Source: Candidatus Omnitrophota bacterium (GTDB lineage Bacteria; Omnitrophota; Gorgyraeia; Zapsychrales; Fredricksoniimonadaceae). From it: a stretch of DNA of 64,000 nt. Numbering within the stretch: position 1 is the stretch's first letter; each line of letters begins with the position of its first letter. The notes under the pieces are model-generated. The model had not been told where the DNA came from. It made no database searches and saw only the letters and a list, made by a program, of their open reading frames with translations. Shown here piece after piece: positions 53,883-62,111 of this stretch. The position numbers were made by a program, and so were the translations under genes. The DNA lies in NCBI GenBank assembly GCA_037131245.1, contig JBAXRK010000005.1, positions 5,475-69,474 of the forward strand, written 5' to 3'.

Positions 53883-55915
53883 GCCGGCCGAAAGTGCATC
53901 TGATAGGCCAGGATAAAGCTGGCTGGGCGATCGACGAAGAGTTCCGCCTGACGCGTCAGGCGCTGGAACCTTTTGTGGAGTTCACCGAACTGGCCGGCTG
54001 TGATGTGGTTCACGCGATCTGGTGGGACCGCCTGGCGGATATTTCGCCGGCGAAATTGGCAGGCAAAAAAGTTATATGCCAGTTGGAGAATCCTCCCTTC
54101 TTCTGGATCCGGCAACCGAATTTTCGAACGGCATTTAAGACTGTTGGCATGTGGGTGGCGCAGTCGAAGGAATCTTGTGATCAGTTGGCGCAGTTGGGTG
54201 TCAGGCATGCTTATTGCCCTTACAAGATCGATACGCAGGTATTCCGTCCGTTGGGTCATTCAGCCGAAGGGCGGATCGGCGCGCGGCGGGAGCTGGGGAT
54301 CCCGGACGGTGTTTATTTGATCGGCAATTTTAATCGTGATACCGAGGGGCGAGACCTGCAGAGCCCCAAGGCGCAGAAAGGGCCCGATCTGTTCGCGGAG
54401 ATCGTCAGGGGCCTGGCCGCCCAGGGACTCCCGGTCCATGTGTTGCTCGCCGGGCCACGGCGTTTCTGGATCCGGCGAAAATTACAGGAGTATGGTATCC
54501 CGTTTTCATTTATCGGTAAGGAGTCGGCCGGGGACGATTATCCCCAGAATATCCTGCCGCGGGCCAGGCTTAATGAGCTTTATAATATCCTGGATCTGTA
54601 TTTGATCACCAGCCGCTGGGAAGGCGGCCCGCATGCCATCATGGAAGCGGCGGCGGCGCAATGCAAAGTGGTGAGTACCCGGGTGGGTTTGGCGAATGAT
54701 ATTTTGAGCCCGGAGTGCATATTTGATGATGTTCCGGGCGGTGTGACCCTCCTTGCGTTGGATATTGCCGGCGGGTCATTGGGGCCTTCTGTTGAGGCTC
54801 AGTATCAGCGGGTTACAGGTTCACATCAGGTTAGGATCGTGACAGGGGCTTTCAGGGAATTGTACGCGGCGCTGGAGAGTGTTCCCCTGTTCTTGCTCGA
54901 GCAGAAACCGGATGCCACCGTTGTGAGACCCGGGCCTAATTTGCTGGAAAAAGCCTTAAAGAAATTTAATATTGTAAGCGCCCGTTCTTTGGGGGGTGGG
55001 TTGACCTTGGGCCTTTGGCATAAGTTTTTCCGTCCGCCTTATGGCGGGGGGAACCAGTTCATGATGGCACTTAAAAAAGAGCTGATGAACCAGAAGGTGC
55101 GCGTGGTCGAAAATACGCTCGCCGAGAATATTGATGTTTATATTTGTAACGCGACCTGGTTCGATAAGGACAAGTTCATCGCGCATTCCCGCCGGCATAA
55201 GATCCGGATGATCCAGCGCATTGACGGGCCAACGTCGGTTTACCGCGGGTCCGACCGGACGCTGGATAACGAGGTGTTCGAGCTTAATGCGCGCTTCGCT
55301 TCAGCCACGGTCATTCAGGGGGTGTGGGCGCTTAAGAAGTTGACCGAACTGGGATACCATCCGGTCGATCCAGTGGTGATCGGCAACGCGCCTGATCCTG
55401 AACTTTTTCACCGGCAGGGGCGGCGGGAGTTTTCGTCTGGCCGTAAGGTAAGGCTTATTTCAACGTCCTGGTCGGATAATCCGCGCAAGGGCGGCCCGAT
55501 CTATAAGTGGATCGAAGACCATCTGGATTGGGACCGTTTCGACTATACGTTCGTGGGCCGGGCGTCCGAGAAATTCTCCCGGATCAGGCAGATCCCGCCT
55601 GTGCCGTCCCGGGAACTGGGGAATATTTTAAGGGATCATGATATTTATATCATGGCGTCCGAGAATGAAACCTGTTCCAATGCCTTGATCGAAGCGCAGT
55701 GTTGCGGTTTGCCGTCTTTGTACCTCGATAGCGGTGGTAATGGCGAAATTGTCGGTTATGGCGGCTTACCCTTCCTGAAAAAGGAAGAGACCTTGGCCGG
55801 GTTGGACAGGTTGGTAAAGGATTATTCGATGTTCCAGAATGTGATCAGTGTGCCGTCGATCGCGTCGATCACGGAAAAATACGTGGCGGTCGCGCGCGCG
55901 GTGGCGGGAAAATAG
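53879..55915 (+). CDS. tandem two-module GT4-type glycosyltransferase
   Basis: Two EX7E motifs (SRWEGGPHAIMEAAA near residue 255; SENETCSNALIEAQC near residue 600) in one 678-aa ORF. Confidence 0.7.
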   Translation: MSRPKVHLIGQDKAGWAIDEEFRLTRQALEPFVEFTELAGCDVVHAIWWDRLADISPAKLAGKKVICQLENPPFFWIRQPNFRTAFKTVGMWVAQSKESCDQLAQLGVRHAYCPYKIDTQVFRPLGHSAEGRIGARRELGIPDGVYLIGNFNRDTEGRDLQSPKAQKGPDLFAEIVRGLAAQGLPVHVLLAGPRRFWIRRKLQEYGIPFSFIGKESAGDDYPQNILPRARLNELYNILDLYLITSRWEGGPHAIMEAAAAQCKVVSTRVGLANDILSPECIFDDVPGGVTLLALDIAGGSLGPSVEAQYQRVTGSHQVRIVTGAFRELYAALESVPLFLLEQKPDATVVRPGPNLLEKALKKFNIVSARSLGGGLTLGLWHKFFRPPYGGGNQFMMALKKELMNQKVRVVENTLAENIDVYICNATWFDKDKFIAHSRRHKIRMIQRIDGPTSVYRGSDRTLDNEVFELNARFASATVIQGVWALKKLTELGYHPVDPVVIGNAPDPELFHRQGRREFSSGRKVRLISTSWSDNPRKGGPIYKWIEDHLDWDRFDYTFVGRASEKFSRIRQIPPVPSRELGNILRDHDIYIMASENETCSNALIEAQCCGLPSLYLDSGGNGEIVGYGGLPFLKKEETLAGLDRLVKDYSMFQNVISVPSIASITEKYVAVARAVAGK

Positions 55916-55947
55916 CGGCTTAAGAAACCAAAACAAAGGCGGGTTAA

Positions 55948-56949
55948 ATGCTGGACAACAAAAAGATCTTAGTAACCGGAGGCACAGGGTCCTTCGGGCA
56001 TAAATTCACCGAGACGGTCCTTAAGCGGTACAGTCCCAAGAAACTGGTCATTTTCAGCCGTGACGAGTACAAACAGTACGAGATGGCCAAGCTTTTTCCG
56101 GAGAGCCGGCATCCGGCAATACGGTATTTTATCGGCGATGTGCGTGATAAAAGCCGCTTGTTCCGGGCCTTTGAGGGGATCGATTATGTGGTGCATGCGG
56201 CGGCGCTCAAGCAGGTTCCGGCCCTGGAATATAATCCGACTGAAGCGGTGAAGACCAATGTGGATGGGGCGAATAATTTGGTCGATGCGGCGATCGATGC
56301 CGGCATCAAAAAAGTGATCGCGCTTTCAACCGACAAAGCGGTCAGCCCGGCGAATCTTTACGGGGCAACTAAACTCGTGGCCGAGAAATTGTTCATCGCG
56401 GCCAATGCTTATGGCGGCGGGCGCGTGCGTTTCGCGGCGGTGCGCTATGGCAATGTGGTCGGCTCGCGCGGCAGTGTTGTGCCTTTTTTCATGGACCTGA
56501 AGAAAAAGGGCGTTAAGGAATTCCCTATTACGGATGAGCGGATGACCCGGTTTTGGATCACGCTGGAGCAGGGCGTCGAGCTGGTCCTTAAGGCGCTGGA
56601 CGAAGCGGTGGGCGGCGAGATCTTTATTCCCAAGATCCCCTCCATGCGTGTGACGGACCTGGCGAAAGCGATGGAACCTGCCTGCACGTTCAAACATATC
56701 GGCATCCGTCCGGGTGAGAAGATCCATGAATCATTGATCTCCGAGGATGAAGCCCGCAAAGCGGTGGAACTGCCGCGGCATTACATTATCCTGCCGCAGT
56801 TTGTCGGACCGGCGGAAGCTGAAGGCAAATTTCCCAAGGGGCCGGCCCTGCCCGACGGGTTCTTTTACCGTAGCGACTTGAATAAGGAGTGGCTCAATGT
56901 CGCGCAGCTCAAGGATATGGTGCAGAGCCTGGAGCGTAACGATGCCTAA
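55948..56949 (+). CDS. pseB: UDP-N-acetylglucosamine 4,6-dehydratase (inverting)
   Basis: ILVTGGTGSFGHKF, FIGDVRD, VVHAAALKQVPALEYNP, LSTDKAVSPANLYGATK, VRYGNVVGSRGSVVPFF, MTRFWITL. Confidence 0.85.
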   Translation: MLDNKKILVTGGTGSFGHKFTETVLKRYSPKKLVIFSRDEYKQYEMAKLFPESRHPAIRYFIGDVRDKSRLFRAFEGIDYVVHAAALKQVPALEYNPTEAVKTNVDGANNLVDAAIDAGIKKVIALSTDKAVSPANLYGATKLVAEKLFIAANAYGGGRVRFAAVRYGNVVGSRGSVVPFFMDLKKKGVKEFPITDERMTRFWITLEQGVELVLKALDEAVGGEIFIPKIPSMRVTDLAKAMEPACTFKHIGIRPGEKIHESLISEDEARKAVELPRHYIILPQFVGPAEAEGKFPKGPALPDGFFYRSDLNKEWLNVAQLKDMVQSLERNDA

Positions 56950-58105
56950 GGCGCGTTCACGTCAACAGCCGCTATCTTATGGGCGCCAGACGATCGGAGC
57001 GGATGATGTTGCCGCCGTGGTCAGGGCGCTTAAAAGCCCTTTTTTAACCCAGGGGCCCGAGGTGGAGGCGTTTGAACGGGCTTTATGCGCCTATACCGGA
57101 GCTAAATATGGCGTGGTCGTTTCTAATGGCACCGCGGCGCTGCATTTAGCGGTGGCGGCATTGGGTATCAAAGAAGGCCGTTCGGGTGTTACGTCGCCGA
57201 TAACGTTTTTGGCTTCGGCCAATGCGATGGTATATGCCGGCCTTCAACCTTTGTTCGCCGATATCGATCCTTTAACGGTGAATATGTCGCCTAAAGCGCT
57301 GGCGGCGGTGATGCGTCAGGATACGAAGCTTGTTATCCCGGTCCATTTTGCCGGCCGGCCGGCGCCGATGAAAGAGATCGCGCGGCTGGCCCGTTCCCGG
57401 AAATGTTACGTGATCGAAGACGCAGCCCACGCGATCGGCAGTTGTTATCCCGACGGGGGCAGGGTTGGCAGCGGGAAGTATTCGGATATGACGATCTTTT
57501 CCTTCCATCCGGTCAAGACCATCACTACCGGGGAGGGCGGCGCGATCATGACCAACGATGCTGTCCTTTATGAACGGCTCAAACGTTTGCGCGCGCACGG
57601 GGTCATGCGTGATCCGGCGCAGTTGGAGCAGAACCCAGGGCCGTGGTATTACGAGATGCAGGAGTTGGGATTTAATTACCGTTTGACGGATATGCAGGCA
57701 GCGCTGGGCACAAGTCAGCTAAAGAAGATCGACCGCTGGCTGGCGCGGCGCGCGAGGATCGTGGCGGCGTATAACCGTGCCTTCCGCGGCCTACCGTGGT
57801 TAACGTCCGTGTGCGGCGATGACAAGGCCGTCGGGTATCATCTTTACGTGGTGCGGATCCGCTTCGACCAGATTGGCCTGGACCGCGCGGCGCTGATGGC
57901 CCGCCTGGCAAAGGACGGCATTGGCAGCCAGGTCCATTACATCCCTGTTTATCAGCATCCTTTTTACCGGAAGAATTTTCCCGTTGGGGCGCCTTGCCCG
58001 GCGGCGGAAGAATATTATGAACAGTGTTTGTCATTGCCGCTGTTCCCCGGGATGTCCGCGGGGGACGTTGCGCGCGTGATCAAGGCTGTCAGAAAGCTTT
58101 GTTAA
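56942..58105 (+). CDS. pseC: UDP-4-amino-4,6-dideoxy-N-acetyl-beta-L-altrosamine transaminase
   Basis: Track ORF 56897..58105; ATG 56942; LSYGRQTIGADD, FLTQGPEVEAFE, lysine block FSFHPVKTITTGEGG. Confidence 0.8.
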   Translation: MPKARSRQQPLSYGRQTIGADDVAAVVRALKSPFLTQGPEVEAFERALCAYTGAKYGVVVSNGTAALHLAVAALGIKEGRSGVTSPITFLASANAMVYAGLQPLFADIDPLTVNMSPKALAAVMRQDTKLVIPVHFAGRPAPMKEIARLARSRKCYVIEDAAHAIGSCYPDGGRVGSGKYSDMTIFSFHPVKTITTGEGGAIMTNDAVLYERLKRLRAHGVMRDPAQLEQNPGPWYYEMQELGFNYRLTDMQAALGTSQLKKIDRWLARRARIVAAYNRAFRGLPWLTSVCGDDKAVGYHLYVVRIRFDQIGLDRAALMARLAKDGIGSQVHYIPVYQHPFYRKNFPVGAPCPAAEEYYEQCLSLPLFPGMSAGDVARVIKAVRKLC

Positions 58106-58140
58106 GGATCGTTAAACGCATTACCCGGAGGTTTTTTAAG

Positions 58141-58788
58141 ATGACGAACAAACAGGCAAAAATGTGGCAGGGCGATTTCGGGACGGAGTATATCGAGCGG
58201 AACTATTACTCACCTGCTGAGCTCGATGGGTTCTATAAACGGAATTTTGGTAGCACGCGCACGCAGTTCAATACGGCTTTTCTCGGGAAGCTGAACCGGG
58301 ATATCCGCATCCTGGAGGTTGGGTGTAATGTCGGCAATCAGTTGCTTTTGCTGCAAAAGATGGGGTTCCGCAATCTGTACGGGATCGAGATCAATAAGGT
58401 CGCGATCGAAAAGGCCAAAACCCGCGGCCAGGGTCTTAATGTTGTTTATGGCGAGGCCCAGGATATCCCGTTCAAGGACGGTTTCTTCGATCTGGTCTTT
58501 ACGGCCGGGGTGCTGATCCATATTCCACCGAAGGATATCAAGCGGGTGATGGGTGAGATCGCCCGCTGCTCAGCAAAATATGTTTGGGGTTGCGAGTCTT
58601 ACGCCAAGGAATATCAGCCGGTGGTCTACCGGGGGAACAAGAACCTGTACTGGAAGACAGATTTCTGTTCGCTTTATGAGCAGTATTGCCCGTCACTGCG
58701 TCGCAGCAAGGTGCAGATGATGAAGTATCTCTCGCAGGATCTCTACGATTATATGTACCTGTTGAAAAAGAAGGGCTCAAATGCTTAA
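58141..58788 (+). CDS. pseudaminic-acid-biosynthesis-associated methylase family protein
   Basis: Track ORF 58024..58788; ATG 58141; WQGDFGTEYIERN, ILEVGCNVGNQL, GIEINKVAIEKAK, GVLIHIPP, family pattern as I recall it for the Pse-associated methylase. Confidence 0.65.
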   Translation: MTNKQAKMWQGDFGTEYIERNYYSPAELDGFYKRNFGSTRTQFNTAFLGKLNRDIRILEVGCNVGNQLLLLQKMGFRNLYGIEINKVAIEKAKTRGQGLNVVYGEAQDIPFKDGFFDLVFTAGVLIHIPPKDIKRVMGEIARCSAKYVWGCESYAKEYQPVVYRGNKNLYWKTDFCSLYEQYCPSLRRSKVQMMKYLSQDLYDYMYLLKKKGSNA

Positions 58789-59479
58789 GGCATTGGCGAT
58801 CATTCCGGCCCGGGGCGGCAGCAAGAGGCTTCCCGGCAAGAACATCCGTTCGTTCTACGGGCGCCCGGTGATCGAATATTCGATCAGGGCCGCTCAACAG
58901 GCTGGTTGTTTCGAGGAGATCATGGTGTCGACGGATGATCCGGCCATTGCCGCGGTCGCCACCAGTTGCGGTGCCGCCGTTCCGTTCTTGCGCTCGGCAC
59001 AGAACGCCTCGGATACCAGTTCGACGGCCGACGCGCTCCTGGAGGTTCTCGCTGGGTACCGGCAAATGGGGCGGGAGTTCCCGCTATGCTGCTGTATTTA
59101 TCCGGCTGCTCCGCTTGTGTCGTTCAAGCGGCTGCGGCAGGCTTATGAATTGTTGTTGTCTTCATCGGTGGACAGCGTTTTTCCGGTTTTATCTTTCGGT
59201 TATCCTATCTGGCGGGCACTGAAGCTTGAGGGCGGGAAAGCCCGGATGATCTGGCCGGAGCATGCTGGCGCCCGTTCGCAGGACCTGCCGCCGGCCTTTC
59301 ATGACGCCGGGCAGTTCTATTTTCTGCGGACCGCGCGTTTTCTGCTGGAGCAGAAGCTTTTTATGGCCGACTCGCGCGTCCTGGAGATCCCTTCTTCTGA
59401 GGGGCAGGATATCGACACCGAAGAGGACTGGAAGATCGCCGAGGCCAAGTTTGGCATTTTGAGTAAAGGGGGCCTTTAA
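58781..59479 (+). CDS. pseF: pseudaminic acid cytidylyltransferase
   Basis: AIIPARGGSKRLPGKNI, IMVSTDD, RSQDLPPAFHDAGQFYF, QDIDTEEDW. Confidence 0.75.
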   Translation: MLKALAIIPARGGSKRLPGKNIRSFYGRPVIEYSIRAAQQAGCFEEIMVSTDDPAIAAVATSCGAAVPFLRSAQNASDTSSTADALLEVLAGYRQMGREFPLCCCIYPAAPLVSFKRLRQAYELLLSSSVDSVFPVLSFGYPIWRALKLEGGKARMIWPEHAGARSQDLPPAFHDAGQFYFLRTARFLLEQKLFMADSRVLEIPSSEGQDIDTEEDWKIAEAKFGILSKGGL

Positions 59480-59481
59480 GC

Positions 59482-60255
59482 ATGCGGCTTGGCTTAAAAC
59501 TCTGGTCGACCAATCTCAACTACATTTTGCCGGCGCGAGAGCTTTTCGCCCGGAAAGTTTTTGATTATGTTGAACTTTTTGTTGTCCCGGGCTCTTTGGG
59601 ATTATTGCCGCAATGGCAGGGGTTGCCGTTTCCGTATGTGCTGCATGCGCCGCATAGTTACGCGGGTCTAAACCCGGCGGATCCGTTACGCCGTCAGGAA
59701 AACCTGGCACTGACAGGGGAAGTTGACGCCTATACCAGTGCCTTGTCACCGGACTGGGTTATTTTTCATCCTGGCGTGAGTGGTGAGGCCGCGGAATCGA
59801 TCGCTCAATTCCGGGCTTTGGCCGCGCGCTTCCCGGACATGTTCCGTAAAGCGCTATTGGAAAATAAGCCGCAGATCGGCATGAAGGGCGAGACGTGCCT
59901 TGGTGCGTCGCCCGATGAGCTGCGCGCGATCAAGGACGGCGCCGACCTGCGTTTCTGCCTGGATTTCGGGCACGCGATCTGTTACGCGGTAGCGGCGGGA
60001 AAACCCTGGAAGAAGGTGCTCACGGATTTTCTGGCCTGTGAGCCGGCCATGTTCCACTTGAGCGACGGGTTCTTTACGGTCAAGGATGCCCATGAGCATT
60101 TTGGGTCAGGAGAGTATGACCTGCCTTTTCTGGCGGGATGTATCCCGACGGATGGCTGGGTTTCCATTGAAACAAAAAAGGACTCTGCCGATGATCTTGA
60201 TGATTTCGCGGTCGATGCTGAAAAGTTGAGGGGATATGCCCGAATTTCAAGTTAA
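59482..60255 (+). CDS. xylose-isomerase-like TIM-barrel protein (AP endonuclease 2 fold), function unknown
   Basis: Metal/active-site-type pattern HAPH...FHPG...ENK...DFGHA...HLSD...IETK along a 257-aa ORF. Confidence 0.55.
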   Translation: MRLGLKLWSTNLNYILPARELFARKVFDYVELFVVPGSLGLLPQWQGLPFPYVLHAPHSYAGLNPADPLRRQENLALTGEVDAYTSALSPDWVIFHPGVSGEAAESIAQFRALAARFPDMFRKALLENKPQIGMKGETCLGASPDELRAIKDGADLRFCLDFGHAICYAVAAGKPWKKVLTDFLACEPAMFHLSDGFFTVKDAHEHFGSGEYDLPFLAGCIPTDGWVSIETKKDSADDLDDFAVDAEKLRGYARISS

Positions 60256-61285
60256 TGGCCGCGCGATCGGCCCCGGTCATCCTTGTTATGTGATCGCGGA
60301 AATGTCGGCGAATCATGCCGGGTCTTTTGATAAGGCGTTGGCCATCGTTCGTGCGGCAAAGGAGTCCGGGGCGGACGCGATCAAGCTTCAGACCTATACG
60401 CCGGATACCATGACGATCGATTGCGACAATGAGTATTTTCAGCTGCATCATCCTTTGTGGAAAGACAAGACGCTTTATCAGCTTTATAAAGAAGCGCAGA
60501 CGCCCTGGGCGTGGCATCGCCCGCTCAAGGAAGAGGCCGACCGGTTGGGGCTGGATTTTTTTTCAACGCCTTTTGATGAGACGGCGGTAGACCTGCTTGA
60601 GGGGCTGGGGGTTGGGGTGTATAAGATCGCGTCGTTCGAGCTGGTTGACGACCTGTTGCTTAAGCGCGTGGCCCAAACCCGGAAACCGGTCATCATGTCG
60701 GCGGGGATGTCGACCCTGGAGGAAGTACGGCGTGCCGTTGAGATCCTGAGGGCTAACGGGACGGAACAACTGGCTTTGCTGCGTTGTGTGAGCGCGTACC
60801 CGGCTCGGGCTGAGGAGATGGATCTTGCGTTGATCCGAGATATGGCCGTTCGCTTTAACGTGGTTACAGGGCTTTCGGATCATACGACCGACAGTTTGTC
60901 GTCGATCGCTGGGGTAGCGGCGGGGGCGAGCATTATAGAAAAACATTTTAAGCTGTCTGGGGATGACACTTCGCCCGATGCAGCGTTTTCGCTGACGCCA
61001 CCGCAGTTCCACGCGTTGGTGTCCGATGTGCGCCGTACCGAAGCGGCGCTGGGGCGCGCGGTTTATGGCCCGGTGACGTCCGAGAAAGGCAGCCTCAAGT
61101 TCCGTCGCTCGCTCTTTTTTGTGATGGACCTGGCAGCGGGGGCTGTGGTAACGGCGCCATCCATTCGGGTGATCCGCCCGGGGGACGGGTTAGCCCCTCG
61201 GGAGCGTGAAAAAATATTAGGCCGGCGCTTGAAAAAGGCTGTGGGGCGCGGTCAGCCGGTATCCTGGGAAGATCTCGATGCGTAA
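60236..61285 (+). CDS. pseI: pseudaminic acid synthase (NeuB family)
   Basis: YVIAEMSANHAGS, GADAIKLQTYTPDT, YKIASFELVD, GLSDHT, IIEKHF, SAF-like C-terminal domain IRVIRPGDGL. Confidence 0.85.
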   Translation: MPEFQVNGRAIGPGHPCYVIAEMSANHAGSFDKALAIVRAAKESGADAIKLQTYTPDTMTIDCDNEYFQLHHPLWKDKTLYQLYKEAQTPWAWHRPLKEEADRLGLDFFSTPFDETAVDLLEGLGVGVYKIASFELVDDLLLKRVAQTRKPVIMSAGMSTLEEVRRAVEILRANGTEQLALLRCVSAYPARAEEMDLALIRDMAVRFNVVTGLSDHTTDSLSSIAGVAAGASIIEKHFKLSGDDTSPDAAFSLTPPQFHALVSDVRRTEAALGRAVYGPVTSEKGSLKFRRSLFFVMDLAAGAVVTAPSIRVIRPGDGLAPREREKILGRRLKKAVGRGQPVSWEDLDA

Positions 61286-62111
61286 ACTGAGCGTTATTTT
61301 TTGTTGTTCCGGCGGGTTGGGAGAGACCGCGCTCAGGGCGGCGTTGCGCCTTCCTCAGGTGCGCATCAAGCGCGTGCTGACCGATCAAGGCTCCACGGGG
61401 ATCCTGGGGCTGGCCGCCAAGCAGGCATTGCCGGTTACCATTGGCAATCCCCGGCGCAAGGCCGCGGCTTTCGACGGGACGTGCGATGTCCTGGCCTCGG
61501 TCAATTATTTATTCGTCCTGCCTGAAGCCATCCTGAAGAAAGCCGGAGTCCTGGCCTTTAATATCCATGGCTCCCTGCTTCCGAAATACATGGGCCGGGC
61601 GCCGGCCACCTGGGTCATTATTAACGATGAGATCGAGACCGGGATCACGGTCCACGAAATGGCGCCGGACGTGGACGCGGGGGATATCCTTTACCAGGAA
61701 AAGATCGCGATCGGCAATGATGATACCGGCGGTTTTTTGCTCAAGAAAATGGCCCGGCGGTATCCGGTGATCTTGCGCCGTATTTTTGCGCAGATCGGCC
61801 AGGGGCGGATCAAGCGTCTGCCGCAGGACCTGTCCAGGAAAAGTTATTTCGGTAAAAGAGAACCCTCGGACGGCCTGATCGACTGGCGCTGGAGTTCGAG
61901 AAAAGTTTACAACTGGGTGCGCGCGCAGACTAAGCCTTATCCGGGGGCTTTTGGCCCCATCGAGGGCGAAACCCGTCGTATTTGGAAGGTTCGGGATGTG
62001 CCGGGTTTTACCGAAGCTGTTGAGCCGGGGCGCCTGGTCACGCGGCGCGGCCGCCGTTTGGTGGTTTGTGGTCAGGGTGCCGTGGAATTGGTGGAGATTT
62101 CGGCTCTATGA
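61278..62111 (+). CDS. formyltransferase-family protein (sugar N-formyltransferase candidate)
   Basis: FNIHGSLLPKYMGRAP and DAGDIL (Asn/His/Asp catalytic pattern of N10-formyl-THF transferases) plus Fmt-like C-terminal domain. Confidence 0.7.
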   Translation: MRKLSVIFCCSGGLGETALRAALRLPQVRIKRVLTDQGSTGILGLAAKQALPVTIGNPRRKAAAFDGTCDVLASVNYLFVLPEAILKKAGVLAFNIHGSLLPKYMGRAPATWVIINDEIETGITVHEMAPDVDAGDILYQEKIAIGNDDTGGFLLKKMARRYPVILRRIFAQIGQGRIKRLPQDLSRKSYFGKREPSDGLIDWRWSSRKVYNWVRAQTKPYPGAFGPIEGETRRIWKVRDVPGFTEAVEPGRLVTRRGRRLVVCGQGAVELVEISAL

